A model generated the notes under the pieces. The model was not told where the DNA came from and did not search any database. It saw only the letters and a list, made by a program, of their open reading frames with translations. From NCBI GenBank assembly GCA_022653695.1, contig JALCSW010000001.1, positions 53,979 to 117,978 on the forward strand: a DNA stretch of 64,000 nucleotides. The letters are read 5' to 3'. This document shows positions 1 through 9,784 of this stretch, one piece after another (the stretch's first letter is position 1; each line of letters begins with the position of its first letter). The position numbers were made by a program, and so were the translations under genes. This DNA is from Bacilli bacterium (GTDB taxonomy: Bacteria; Bacillota_I; Bacilli_A; RFN20; CAG-826).

Positions 1-132
1 CTTTTTCCTCGAAAGAGGACGATCCCTTCCTATTCTCCCCAAAACCTCGGGGACGAACATTTTGCGGATGAGGCAAACGGCGTCAAACGCCAGCGCGGCC
101 AAACAAAGACAGATCCCAAAAATGAGCATATG

Positions 133-411
133 TCAGTTTATCACCTCGTAAGGCCCCCACCATGATGGACCCCATCCCGCGTCTTCAGGCAGAAGCGGAG
201 GCGCCAATAGGTCAATAAATAAGGCCTCCCCGCCATACCGGCGGCAGAGGGCGCAGGCGTATTTGAATTTGGCCGCGTCGTACCCAAGCCCCTTCGAAAG
301 TCCGTGGATCGGAATGCCTTCCTTGAGGTGCCTTTTCACTATCCCAAGCTTCTGCGACTGGTTCAATCTCATAAAAAATTCCCTCCATAATGGCACCATT
401 TTCTGGTCCAA
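133..411 (-). CDS. hypothetical small basic protein, weakly HTH/transposase-N-terminal-like (possible degraded IS remnant beside tRNA genes)
   Basis: 92-aa ORF with a basic N-terminal segment (KLGIVKRHLKEG...GLSKGLGYD) reminiscent of IS OrfA HTH. No transposase catalytic body and no inverted repeats seen. Sits next to a tRNA cluster. Confidence 0.2.
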   Translation of the reverse strand: MDQKMVPLWREFFMRLNQSQKLGIVKRHLKEGIPIHGLSKGLGYDAAKFKYACALCRRYGGEALFIDLLAPPLLPEDAGWGPSWWGPYEVIN

Positions 412-436
412 ATCATGGGGGGAACTTCATCGAAAT

Positions 437-510
437 TGGAGCACCTGGCGGGAATCGAACCCGTGTAACCAGCTTGGGAAGCTGGTGTTCTGCCATTGAA
501 CTACAGATGC
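437..510 (-). tRNA. tRNA-Gly (anticodon CCC)
   Basis: Manual cloverleaf on minus strand: acceptor GCATCTG/CAGGTGC (one G-U pair), D-stem GTTC/GAAC, anticodon stem CCAGC/GCTGG with loop TTCCCAA, T-loop TTCGATT, 3' CCA encoded. Confidence 0.8.
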
Positions 511-613
511 GCGTGCACGACGCCTTATCATTATACGAACCGGGAAAAGAAAATCTAGAGGTAGATGCCCTTATCCACGAAAAAAGGCGACCGAAGCCGC
601 CTCGTTTCCTTGC

Positions 614-689
614 TGGTGGGTGCTAGAGGGTTCGAACCTCTGACCTTCTGTACGTCAAACAGATGCTCTCCCAGCTGAGCTAAGCACCC
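614..689 (-). tRNA. tRNA-Val (anticodon GAC)
   Basis: Minus strand reads GGGTGCTTAGCTCAGCTGGGAGAGCATCTGTTTGACGTACAGAAGGTCAGAGGTTCGAACCCTCTAGCACCCACCA. Perfect acceptor stem, anticodon loop TTGACGT, T-loop TTCGAAC, CCA encoded. Confidence 0.9.
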
Positions 690-851
690 TCATCTGGACG
701 ACCGAAATGGCCGCTCGAATATTATAGTAACGGGGCTTCCTTGAGACAAGAGGGAAAATCGGGAGACGACGAATGTGGATTCGTTAGGGAAGAGCACGAA
801 AAACTTATCGCGACGAAATGGTCCTTTGCCGAAAAGAATACGGAAGTCCAA

Positions 852-1373
852 TCAGCGCAGACTCGACAGACTCACGAGCGATTCGCAAGGAACGCCAAGT
901 CTGGCGGCGCCGTCCAACTCTCGGAGCGAGACGACGGCAAGGGCCCCGACCGGCTCGGCCCCGGCCAGCCTCGCGAGTTTCTCCATCGCCGAAAGGCTGC
1001 CGCCGGTAGCGATGAGATCGTCGACCAGAAGCGCCCGTTCGCCCTTGCGCAAGGCCTTGGTCTCGATTTCGAAGGAATCTCGTCCATATTCAAGACCGTA
1101 TGAAACCGTGAGGACTCTTCCAGGCAGCTTGCCGGGTTTGCGGACCATGACGAAACCCAACCCCATTTTCAAGGCCAGCGCGGAGCCGAAGACGAACCCC
1201 CGGCTCTCGGCCCCCATAATGACGTCCGGGCGGTATTTTTCGGCACGGTCGGCGAGATCCTCAATGCAGGTTTCAAGTGCCTCCGAGTCGCGAAGAAGAG
1301 GCGAGACGTCCTTAAAGGAAATGCCTTTCTTCGGGAAATCGGGAATGACATCGATATAACGGCTGTAATCCAT
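852..1373 (-). CDS. apt: adenine phosphoribosyltransferase
   Basis: 173 aa. Type I PRTase PRPP-binding motif (LLVDDLIATGGS) and typical Apt N-terminus (IDVIPDFPKKGISFKD). AGGAGG 7 nt upstream of ATG. Confidence 0.9.
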   Translation of the reverse strand: MDYSRYIDVIPDFPKKGISFKDVSPLLRDSEALETCIEDLADRAEKYRPDVIMGAESRGFVFGSALALKMGLGFVMVRKPGKLPGRVLTVSYGLEYGRDSFEIETKALRKGERALLVDDLIATGGSLSAMEKLARLAGAEPVGALAVVSLRELDGAARLGVPCESLVSLSSLR

Positions 1374-1555
1374 GGCAACGCCTCCTAAAAACTCTTCCGC
1401 CCACCCAAACCTGGGAAAAAGGGAACCGACATAGATTTAACTACGAAACGGGCTTCGATGCACGCTGAAAGCGATATGAGCGCGGCAAAACGAGAAAAAC
1501 CGCCTCTTTAAGAGACGAAGGTATTAGAATCAAAGGCGAAAAAAGGAGACCGCCC

Positions 1556-2206
1556 ATGGATATCCGCCAACGCAAGAACCTCATCCTCCTCAACCATCCG
1601 CTTCTCAAGCACAAGATCACCCTGCTTCGAAGCAAGGACACCGGAACCGTTCTCTTCCGCGAACTCGTGAAGGAAATCGCGATCATGGAGGGATACGAGG
1701 CCCTTAACGACCTCCCGCTTCACGAAGTCGACGTCGTGACCCCCATCGAGAAAGCGAGGGAACCCGCCATAGATTCCGACAGGCTGTGTTTCGTCCCCGT
1801 CCTTCGGGCCGGCCTCGGGATGGTGGAGGGGTTTCTGACCCTCGTCCCCACCGCCCAAGTGGGGCAAATCGGCCTGCGGCGCGACGAAACGAGCCACAAA
1901 CCGATCGAATACCTTTGCAAACTTCCCGCCTCGATAAGCAAAACGCGGGTTTACGTCCTCGATCCGATGCTCGCCACGGGCGGGTCCGCGATCAAGGCGG
2001 TCTCCCTCCTCAAGGAACGCGGGGCCACCGACATTCGGTTCGTCTCCATCATCGCGGCCCCCGAGGGGGTGGCCTCCCTTTTGGACAAGGAACCCGACGT
2101 GAAACTCTACGTCGGGGCTTTGGATCGCGAACTTAACGGGAACGCCTATATCTGCCCGGGGCTCGGCGATGCCGGCGACCGGCTCTTCGGAACGGACAAG
2201 GAATAG
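1556..2206 (+). CDS. upp: uracil phosphoribosyltransferase
   Basis: 216 aa. Upp hallmarks (LLRSKDT, VPVLRAGLGM, YVLDPMLATGGSA, AAPEG) and C-terminal GLGDAGDR. SD AAGGAG upstream. Confidence 0.9.
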   Translation: MDIRQRKNLILLNHPLLKHKITLLRSKDTGTVLFRELVKEIAIMEGYEALNDLPLHEVDVVTPIEKAREPAIDSDRLCFVPVLRAGLGMVEGFLTLVPTAQVGQIGLRRDETSHKPIEYLCKLPASISKTRVYVLDPMLATGGSAIKAVSLLKERGATDIRFVSIIAAPEGVASLLDKEPDVKLYVGALDRELNGNAYICPGLGDAGDRLFGTDKE

Positions 2207-2208
2207 GC

Positions 2209-2766
2209 CTATTTCGAAACCTGCCGCTCCATCTCCTCGATTTCCTCGTCCGTCGGGACATAAACGTAAGGGATGTTGCGGTTGAGCCCTTTGTAATCGA
2301 AGCCATACCCCATGAGGAACTGGCTCTTCTTGAGGGAACGTCCGCAAAGATCGATGCTGAGCGGGGTTTTCCGGGCGAATGGCTTATCGAAAAGAGCCAC
2401 CGTGAGGATCCGTTTAGGGTGGCCCAACTCCCGCAAGTGGGCGAGCAGGAGCTCCATGCTCTTGCCGGTCTCGACGATGTCGTCGACCACCACGACCGTC
2501 CGCCCCGAAAGGTCGCTTTGGCAATCCCTCACGATCCGGACCGTCCCGGTGTTGTGGGTCCCTTCCCAACTTTGGACCTTGACGTAATCGACCAGGAGGG
2601 GAACCTTCACGAAACGGATGAGGTCGCTCATGAACTCGACGGCGCCGTCCATGACGCCGATGAAAAGCGGAAGGCGGTCCTCTTCTTTCAATCGCTCCGT
2701 CAGTTCTCCGCCTAGGCGCGAGCAAGTTTCCTTGATCTCGGCTTCGTCCATCACGAGTTCCTTCAT
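2209..2766 (-). CDS. hpt: hypoxanthine-guanine phosphoribosyltransferase
   Basis: 185 aa. PRPP motif VVVVDDIVETGKSM and HPRT-like core (LKGxxxFM, DYxxVxSY). SD AAGGAGG upstream. Confidence 0.85.
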   Translation of the reverse strand: MKELVMDEAEIKETCSRLGGELTERLKEEDRLPLFIGVMDGAVEFMSDLIRFVKVPLLVDYVKVQSWEGTHNTGTVRIVRDCQSDLSGRTVVVVDDIVETGKSMELLLAHLRELGHPKRILTVALFDKPFARKTPLSIDLCGRSLKKSQFLMGYGFDYKGLNRNIPYVYVPTDEEIEEMERQVSK

Positions 2767-2906
2767 GGACCCCCTCCTTGTTTGGGCCCATTCTATAGCG
2801 GAGAAAGGCGGAGGGCAACGGAATAAGGCCGTTTATGCGTCAGGAAAGCGCTACGATGGGACAAATCGGGCATATCAATCTATACTGAAGGACGGAGAAC
2901 AAAACC

Positions 2907-3836
2907 ATGGAAAGCGAAAGAACGCATCCGTTGCTCTTTACCTTAGGCTCGAACCCGAGCCTCGCCCGAGGAACCTCGATTCTCGCCGGGCTGCCTCTTT
3001 CCAAAGCCTATGCGGGCCACTACGCCGACGGTGAATCTTTCGACAAGCCCCTCGATGACGTCGCGGGGCGCGATTGCTATCTGATCCATTCGACGTCCCG
3101 TCCCGTCAACGAAAGGCTGATGGACCTCTTGGTTTTCGTGGATGCCCTCGTGCGCGCCAACGCCCGCTCAATCACCGCGATCGTGCCTTATTTTGGCTAT
3201 GCCCGACAAGACCGAATCGTCGAGCCCGGCGACCCCGTAAGCGGTCTTCTCGTCGGGAAAATGCTCCGCGCGGCCGGGCTCACTCGCCTCGTCACCGTGG
3301 ATTTCCATTCGCTCAAATTGCTTGATGAATTCCCGCTTCCGCACGTGAACCTCACCGCGGAAGGCCTTTTCGCCAAAAGGTTCGCGAGTCTGCTGAAGGA
3401 AGAAGGGGTTACTGAGGGTGACGTCGCGATCGTCGGCCCCGACAAAGGGAGCCTGCCCCGAATAAGCCAGTTCGCCCAAAACTTCAAAGGATCCGCCATC
3501 GCATTTGCCGACAAGAGCCGGCCCCGGCCCAATCAAGCCGTCGTGCACGGCATCCATGGGGACGTCGCCGGGAAAACCTGCTTGGTTTTCGACGACATGA
3601 TCGACACCGCCGGCACCATCGGCGAGACGGTGAAGGCCCTTTACGCAAAGGGAGCCGCCGGCGTCCACGTCGCGGCCACGCACGGCATTTTCTCGGGAGA
3701 GGCCCAAAAAACCCTTTCCGGCATCGGCATCCGCTCGCTCTTCGTGAGCGATTCCATCGAACGGGAAAAGCCCGTCGGCGAAATCGTGAGTTTGGCCCCG
3801 CTTCTGGCGGATTTCATCCTCAAGGATCGCCGATAG
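2907..3836 (+). CDS. prs: ribose-phosphate pyrophosphokinase (PRPP synthetase), divergent
   Basis: 309 aa. Prs N-domain (HSTSRPVNERLMDLL, YFGYARQDR) and PRTase-type C-domain (LVFDDMIDTAGT). Several otherwise conserved positions are substituted. Confidence 0.8.
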   Translation: MESERTHPLLFTLGSNPSLARGTSILAGLPLSKAYAGHYADGESFDKPLDDVAGRDCYLIHSTSRPVNERLMDLLVFVDALVRANARSITAIVPYFGYARQDRIVEPGDPVSGLLVGKMLRAAGLTRLVTVDFHSLKLLDEFPLPHVNLTAEGLFAKRFASLLKEEGVTEGDVAIVGPDKGSLPRISQFAQNFKGSAIAFADKSRPRPNQAVVHGIHGDVAGKTCLVFDDMIDTAGTIGETVKALYAKGAAGVHVAATHGIFSGEAQKTLSGIGIRSLFVSDSIEREKPVGEIVSLAPLLADFILKDRR

Positions 3837-3911
3837 GGGGCTAATGGGGCTTGGCCTCAGGCCAGGACACGTTCTTTGCCGTTTTTGGGAACTGAAACGA
3901 CTTTTTTGGCA

Positions 3912-3943
3912 TTGAAAAGAAAACACCCGACAATATCGGGTGT
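3912..3943 (-). terminator. rho-independent terminator downstream of tRNA-Thr
   Basis: On minus strand: stem ACACCCGA / loop / TCGGGTGT followed by TTTTCTTTT. Confidence 0.6.
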
Positions 3944-3955
3944 CAGTCTGCCAAG

Positions 3956-4031
3956 TGGTGCCGACTAGAGGAATCGAACCCCCAACCTACTGATTACGAT
4001 TCAGTTGCTCTGCCAATTGAGCTAAGTCGGC
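3956..4031 (-). tRNA. tRNA-Thr (anticodon CGT)
   Basis: Minus strand reads GCCGACTTAGCTCAATTGGCAGAGCAACTGAATCGTAATCAGTAGGTTGGGGGTTCGATTCCTCTAGTCGGCACCA. Anticodon loop ATCGTAA, T-loop TTCGATT, CCA encoded. Confidence 0.85.
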
Positions 4032-4063
4032 GCGCGAAGATAAATATAGACCAAGCGGGCCGC

Positions 4064-6139
4064 CTAAACAAGCGCTGAAGTCCCATCTTTCGTTTTCGCG
4101 GGCTTCTTTTTCCCGTTTCGGGGACGACGCTCATAAAGTCCCCACGCGCCTAAGGCGAGCGTGCCCGCCGCGGACACCCAAAAAGTCACCCGGCCGATTC
4201 GGTAACTGAGGGGGCCCGGGAACGAGACTTCGAGGGTATAGCTTCCCGAGGCGACTTCGAATGCCACCAAACCGTCGACGTTCTTAAGGGGGGCGTAGCT
4301 CACCTTTCCGTCGACGGCGGTCAGTTTGGCCTCGTAACCATCATAATAGAACTGGGGGATTTGGATGAGGGCGTCCTCGCTTTCCACGGTCACCTCGAAA
4401 GTGGCGTCGGGGCTGTTGAGGGCGGTTATCTCACACGTGCCGTCTCCCTCAAGGAAGGCCGGGTCGAAATAGCCTTCGACCCCGACCGGGAAGCGGGCGT
4501 TGCCGTCGGCGAGGTAGGAATGAACGAGACCATAGAGGGAAGCGGAATATTCCGAATGGTAACCGCTCTCGGAGAAAACCCGTGGCAAATACTCGTTTTG
4601 CCAGCCGATTTTGTTGTTGTCCTGAACTTGGCTCACGGAGGCGTCGTGCCAATAGCCTTGGCCGTTTTGGAAAATGGAAATGCGCTTGTCGATCGGGCCT
4701 TGGCAGAACATGAGAAGGGCGCAGCCAAGGACGCCGAGGGAAGCGAGGGCGGTGCGGTTGTTGCGGAAGATCTTCGCAAGGTAGACGACGAGAAGCACGG
4801 CGAAAAAGCCGAAGAGCCCCCAGAGGCGATACGGGAACTGGATGTTGTAGAAAGCCTGCGGCACCGCCTTCCACGCGTCCGGAACGTAAATGAGGGTCAC
4901 GAGGACGATCATCGAGAGGCAAAGGAAATAAACCTCCGGGACCTCCAAGAACTCCTGTATGGGTTTGCGCGACAATTCGGGTTCCGCCGGATCTTTGGCG
5001 AAAAGGTCGAAAAGAAGGAAGAGGAGATAAAACGCCAAAAGGGAAAGCCAAGCCTCCGCCTCGGCAAGAATGCAAAGCGAAGGAAGGAAAAGGATAGCCG
5101 CATCGGCTAGGTAACGCCACTTTTCCTGATTCTTGAGTTTCCGGAAAAGCCGATCGAACACGATCATGAGAACCGCCGAAACGACGTAGAAAGAGGCTGA
5201 AAGAGCGACCCTGAAAGTGGCGTTCTGCTGGACGAGCCACTCAAAATTGAGGAAGCCGGTGAACTGGGTGCTCGTGCAGCCGATCCAATAGCTGAGCCAG
5301 GAAAGCGTCGTCCACATGATGTCGCCGTCGCTGATTGTATAGAGGTCGCCTGAGGTGTTCCTCAAAGCGGTAAAGACGTAAGGCGTGACGAACCCTACAA
5401 CCAGCAGGATGGAAACGAAGAAACTGACGAGCCGCCGCCATTCCTTGATGTGCCTTATGATCGCCTTGACGCTGAAAACCATGAAAACCACGCACGAGGT
5501 GGCCGTCACGAGGGCCGTGATCGGATGGGTGAGGACGATCGAGGCGGCGCTCAAGGTCAAAATAACGTAGGGGCCCACCCGCCACTTCTCGTCATGGATA
5601 AGACGATAAAGCCCATAGTAAATGAGAGGGATGAAGCACAGGGCGATGGCTTCGGGATAGGCGGCCCGGTAAAGGACGCAATACATCTTGTAAGGCAGGA
5701 AATTGTAGATGACCGTCGCGAGGAAGCCAATGCTGCGCCGCGAGGAAATCCGATTCGCGAGGGCGTACACGGCGAGGTTGGAGAGGAAGCAGAAAAAGAG
5801 GATCGCGAACTTGAGGGTCCCCGTGAGGCTGGCCCCGGCCCAATGCCACATCTCGTAGAGGATCACCACGAAATAATGCGGGAACGGCCCATAGAAGCCG
5901 TAGATGTTGACCGCGGTGAAACCGATGAGGTTATGGCCGAGGGAAAGCCCGGTGAAGCCGTGCTCGAACCCATAAGCCAAATCGGCCAATTCAAGCTGAT
6001 GCCAGTAGCAATCGTCGCCGGTCGTCATGCCGACGTCGGTGAAGAAAACGCAGAACGGCAACGCCGTGAGGACGAGAATCGCCAAGTAAGGGGCGGCGGC
6101 CTTCAGGAATTTAAGAAGCCGAGCCCGGGAAAATTTCAT
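4064..6139 (-). CDS. YfhO-family polytopic membrane protein (putative glycosyltransferase)
   Basis: About 690 aa from the internal ATG (MKFSRARLL...). 12+ TM helices followed by a C-terminal beta-rich extracytoplasmic domain with the YfhO-like segment YYDGYEAKLTAVDGK. The ORF-track start at 6280 lies upstream of the likely start. Confidence 0.5.
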   Translation of the reverse strand: MKFSRARLLKFLKAAAPYLAILVLTALPFCVFFTDVGMTTGDDCYWHQLELADLAYGFEHGFTGLSLGHNLIGFTAVNIYGFYGPFPHYFVVILYEMWHWAGASLTGTLKFAILFFCFLSNLAVYALANRISSRRSIGFLATVIYNFLPYKMYCVLYRAAYPEAIALCFIPLIYYGLYRLIHDEKWRVGPYVILTLSAASIVLTHPITALVTATSCVVFMVFSVKAIIRHIKEWRRLVSFFVSILLVVGFVTPYVFTALRNTSGDLYTISDGDIMWTTLSWLSYWIGCTSTQFTGFLNFEWLVQQNATFRVALSASFYVVSAVLMIVFDRLFRKLKNQEKWRYLADAAILFLPSLCILAEAEAWLSLLAFYLLFLLFDLFAKDPAEPELSRKPIQEFLEVPEVYFLCLSMIVLVTLIYVPDAWKAVPQAFYNIQFPYRLWGLFGFFAVLLVVYLAKIFRNNRTALASLGVLGCALLMFCQGPIDKRISIFQNGQGYWHDASVSQVQDNNKIGWQNEYLPRVFSESGYHSEYSASLYGLVHSYLADGNARFPVGVEGYFDPAFLEGDGTCEITALNSPDATFEVTVESEDALIQIPQFYYDGYEAKLTAVDGKVSYAPLKNVDGLVAFEVASGSYTLEVSFPGPLSYRIGRVTFWVSAAGTLALGAWGLYERRPRNGKKKPAKTKDGTSALV

Positions 6140-6180
6140 AACGAAGCCATTATAGAGAGGCGAAGAAGGCTTGTCTAAGC

Positions 6181-8901
6181 CTATCGGAGGCGAGAGGGCG
6201 CCAACTTGCCCTTCAGTGACAAAACGGCCACCACGATCTCGTGGACGAATAGAGGCGTGAGGGCGAGCAGGAAAACCCAAAGGTAGTCCATCGGCTCGTC
6301 ATGGAGCGGATAGACGCTGAAGAAACCGTTGAGCCCCGGGGTCTCGATGATGAGGAACTGAAGGCCCATGCCGATGAAGAACGAGGCCCAAAGCATCGCG
6401 TTCCTGTCTTTGAAGACGCGCAGGAACGTGTGTTTGACGTCCGTCATCCCGAGCATATGGAAAAGTTCGCTGAAACTCAGAACGCAAAAGGCCATCGACT
6501 GAGCCTCCTCGAGGGCCATCTCGTTCTCAAAGTAGCCGTCGATCGCGGAAATCGAGAAGCAGCCGGCTTGCCATGGCTTGATGAGGAAGGCGATGAGCGT
6601 CGCGGCGCCTATGACGGCCCCGTAGCCGAAAGTTATCGCATAGCCCCCGCGGGCGAAAAGCGATTCTTTGGGGTCGCGCGGGCGATCGCGCATGATATCG
6701 TCGGGCTTCTTGTCGGCCCCGAGGGCGATCGCGGGCAAAGAATCCGTGATGAGGTTCACCCACAGAAGATGGATCGCGATGAGCGGGGCGGGCAGGCCGC
6801 AGGCGATCGCCACGAACATGCAGATGACCTCGCCGATGTTGCTCGAGAGCAAAAAGAGGATGGTCTTGCGGATGTTGGCGTAAATGCCGCGCCCCTCCTC
6901 CACCGCTTTCTCGATGGAGGCGAAGTTGTCGTCGGTTAAGACCATGTCGGCGGCTCCTTTGGCCACGTCGGTTCCGGCGATGCCCATCGCGATGCCAATG
7001 TCGGCGGCCTTGAGGGAGGGGGCGTCGTTGACCCCGTCCCCCGTCATGGCGGCGATGTTGCCGTTGGCTTTGATGGCGGTGACGATCTGGACTTTGTTCT
7101 CCGGGCTCACGCGGGCGAAAACGCGGATGGTTTTCACCTTCTCCCGCAATTCTTCCGAAGAGCAGGCGTCGATCTGCTCGCCCGACATGCACTGCTCGGG
7201 CGCCTCGGCGATGCCAAGCTCCCTAGCGATCGCGAAGGCCGTGTCTTTGTGGTCCCCCGTGATCATGATGGTCGCGATGCCGGCCCCCCGCAGGGTCATT
7301 ACGGCCGGTTTCGCGGCCGGGCGCGGAGGATCGACCATGCCGACCAAGCCGACGAAAACGAGTCTGTCCTCCTCGATTTTATCGCTCTCGCGCAAGGCCA
7401 AGGCCAAGACGCGAAGCGCCTTCTCGGCCATCTTGGCCGCGGCCGCCTCGATTTTCGCGAGGTCCTCTTCCGCGAGGGCTTTGGTTTTGCCGCCTATGAG
7501 CACGCGATCGCAGCGCTTGAGGATCTGGTCCATCGCGCCTTTGGTGTACACGACTTTCCCGCCGCTCTTGCGGTGCTGGGTCGACATCATCTTACGGACG
7601 CTGTCGAAAGGGAGCTCGTCGATGCGCGGGGTCGCTTTCTCAAGCGCGCTTTTGCTCATCCCGAAATCGGCGGCGAACTGGACGAGGGCCACCTCCGTGG
7701 GGTCGCCATAGACGCCGTTCTCGATCGAGGCGTCGCTGCAAAGGCACATCCCTTCCGCTAGTAAGCCGAGGTCGTCCTTCCTGAAATCTTTTCTCTCATA
7801 AAGTTTCTCGTCGCAGTAGGCTTCGACGACGGTCATCTTGTTTTGGGTGAGGGTGCCGGTCTTGTCGCTGCAAATGACCGAGACGGCGCCGAGGGTTTCC
7901 ACGGAAGCCAGGCGGCGCACGATCGTATTGACCTTGATCATCTTCTGCATGCCGAGGGCGAGGACGATGGTGACGACCGCGGGAAGGCCTTCGGGGATCG
8001 CGGCGACGGCAAGCCCCACCGCGTCGAGCAAATCAGCGGTCCATTTCTCGACGAACGTTCCGGCCACGGCGTCGTATATGAAGGAGACGCCGAGCATCAG
8101 AACGACGATGCCGACGGTGAGGATGCCGAGGAATTTGGACAACTGGGCCAATTTCTTCTGAAGCGGGGTCGGCTCCTCCCCTTCCCCGGAGAGCATGGTC
8201 GCGATCTTGCCGATCTCGGTGTTCATGCCGGTCGCGATCACGACCCCTTCCCCGCGCCCGTAGACGATCGGGGTGGACATATAGGCTTCGTTGACGCGGT
8301 CGCCGACGCCGACCTCCTCGCTCAAAACGAGGTCCGGGTCCTTGTCGACGGGCAGCGACTCGCCGGTGAGGGAACTCTCGTCGGCCTTCATGGCGAAGGC
8401 TTTCGTAAGGCGCAGATCGGCCGGAACGGTTCTCCCTTCCTCGAGGACGACGACGTCCCCGGGGACGAGTTCCTCGGCCTTGACCTCGACGAGTTTGCCT
8501 TCGCGCCGGACGGTCGCGGTCGGAGAGGAAAGCTTCCGGAGGGCCGCGAGGGCCTTCTCGGCCTTGGTTTCCTGGATGGTGCCGATCGTTGCGTTAAGGA
8601 AAATGACCCCGAAGATGATGACGACGTCGGCGAAATCCTCGAAAGTCACGCCCGCGCCGGATTTCTGAGCCTTGAGGATGCCCACGATGACGGAGATGAT
8701 GGCGGCCCCGAAAAGGATGAACGTCATCGGGTCCTTGAATTGGTCGAGGAAAACGAGGAAAGCGCTTCGTTTCTTTTTCTCGGTGAGTTTGTTAAACCCG
8801 TATTCGGCGCGACGCGACGCCGCCTCCTCTATGGAAAGCCCCCTTTCCCCGTCCGTCTTCAACGCCTTCAAAGAATCGGAGATCGATTTGTTCTCGTACA
8901 T
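6181..8901 (-). CDS. P-type ATPase, type IIA (Ca2+-transporting, PMCA/SERCA-like)
   Basis: About 906 aa from MYENKS. Motifs TGES, DKTGTLT (phosphorylation site), MITGD, TGDGVNDAPSLKAADIG and 10 TM segments. N-terminus resembles Ca-ATPase (LSIEEAASRRAEYGFN). Confidence 0.85.
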   Translation of the reverse strand: MYENKSISDSLKALKTDGERGLSIEEAASRRAEYGFNKLTEKKKRSAFLVFLDQFKDPMTFILFGAAIISVIVGILKAQKSGAGVTFEDFADVVIIFGVIFLNATIGTIQETKAEKALAALRKLSSPTATVRREGKLVEVKAEELVPGDVVVLEEGRTVPADLRLTKAFAMKADESSLTGESLPVDKDPDLVLSEEVGVGDRVNEAYMSTPIVYGRGEGVVIATGMNTEIGKIATMLSGEGEEPTPLQKKLAQLSKFLGILTVGIVVLMLGVSFIYDAVAGTFVEKWTADLLDAVGLAVAAIPEGLPAVVTIVLALGMQKMIKVNTIVRRLASVETLGAVSVICSDKTGTLTQNKMTVVEAYCDEKLYERKDFRKDDLGLLAEGMCLCSDASIENGVYGDPTEVALVQFAADFGMSKSALEKATPRIDELPFDSVRKMMSTQHRKSGGKVVYTKGAMDQILKRCDRVLIGGKTKALAEEDLAKIEAAAAKMAEKALRVLALALRESDKIEEDRLVFVGLVGMVDPPRPAAKPAVMTLRGAGIATIMITGDHKDTAFAIARELGIAEAPEQCMSGEQIDACSSEELREKVKTIRVFARVSPENKVQIVTAIKANGNIAAMTGDGVNDAPSLKAADIGIAMGIAGTDVAKGAADMVLTDDNFASIEKAVEEGRGIYANIRKTILFLLSSNIGEVICMFVAIACGLPAPLIAIHLLWVNLITDSLPAIALGADKKPDDIMRDRPRDPKESLFARGGYAITFGYGAVIGAATLIAFLIKPWQAGCFSISAIDGYFENEMALEEAQSMAFCVLSFSELFHMLGMTDVKHTFLRVFKDRNAMLWASFFIGMGLQFLIIETPGLNGFFSVYPLHDEPMDYLWVFLLALTPLFVHEIVVAVLSLKGKLAPSRLR

Positions 8902-9069
8902 GGAGATATTTGCTCCCTGGGTGCGGCCGTGCCGTGACAAAGGTCTCGCGAAGCCATTGGCTTACCCTTCCCGGCCGGGGCTGATCCCCGACGTCTTGAC
9001 GGAAAAAGGTTGACCGCTACTCCCCTTTACAAGGGGAATGATAACACAAAAGGGAAAACGCCCGAAGGA

Positions 9070-9717
9070 TTAATACGAACGAAGCCGCAAAACGGTGAAA
9101 TAAATGCCGAGGCAAATGAGGATCTCGCTGATGGGGTAAAGGCATGACATGAGGACATTTAAGCCACTCGCCCCATCTAGAAGCAGGATGCCCGGCAAGA
9201 AGGAACTGGAGACGATCTGAAAGACGACGAAAGCCAGATTCCAGTTGCGGACATTCGTGTAGGAGACCGAAGAGCCGGTGAGGTATTGCCGCAGACGGAT
9301 GTAGGCGAAGATGCCGGCGACGACGCCGAAGACATTGAAGGCGAGTTGAACGAGGGCCATCGAACTGCCAAGGGGATCGCCCGAAAAAAGGGAGGAGAAA
9401 TTCATGGCGCCGCCGAAAAAAAGATTTATCACGGCCGAGAAAGCCGAGGCGAAGATATAAATCAAGACGCCGTTATAAGCGCTGTTGCTGCTATTGATGT
9501 TCCCGATGAGGATGACGAGGTACGCCACGAGCATGAACGCCAGATTGTACACGTTGATCGGGGTTAAGATCGAAGGGGTCTCGCGATAGGCGATCATCTC
9601 GACGACATAAATCACGGCCGAGGCCAAAAGCAAGGCCGTCGCAAGGGACGAGAAAACGATCGCGCAGTACTTTTTGTAGTTGTAGCGGAATCTCTCTTTG
9701 AACGCGTGCCAATTCAT
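9070..9717 (-). CDS. hypothetical polytopic membrane protein
   Basis: 215 aa, about 6 predicted TM helices, no recognisable motif. Confidence 0.45.
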   Translation of the reverse strand: MNWHAFKERFRYNYKKYCAIVFSSLATALLLASAVIYVVEMIAYRETPSILTPINVYNLAFMLVAYLVILIGNINSSNSAYNGVLIYIFASAFSAVINLFFGGAMNFSSLFSGDPLGSSMALVQLAFNVFGVVAGIFAYIRLRQYLTGSSVSYTNVRNWNLAFVVFQIVSSSFLPGILLLDGASGLNVLMSCLYPISEILICLGIYFTVLRLRSY

Positions 9718-9784
9718 AAACGCAATACTACCACAGGAAAGAAGGAAAACCCATACGCGCGAAAAATGCTAAAGTATCATCCGT

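Noticed and set aside
133-411. Possible insertion sequence next to the tRNA genes.
   Set aside because: Only a 92-aa ORF with weak HTH-like resemblance. No DDE/transposase body and no terminal inverted repeats or target duplications visible. Kept as a low-confidence remnant only.
775-1359. 194-aa + strand ORF (also 741-1103 +) overlapping apt.
   Set aside because: Antisense shadow of the well-supported apt gene. Composition Ser/Arg/Pro-rich.
4361-5240. Long ORFs on both strands (4361-5110 +, 4449-5240 -) inside the YfhO gene. Similar long antisense ORFs lie inside the ATPase (6301-6939, 6884-7711, 7843-8937), the spermidine-synthase-like gene (32113-33426), phnD (62567-63850) and others.
   Set aside because: High-GC frame shadows. 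Their products are Arg/Pro/Gly-rich low-complexity strings and they completely overlap strongly supported genes.
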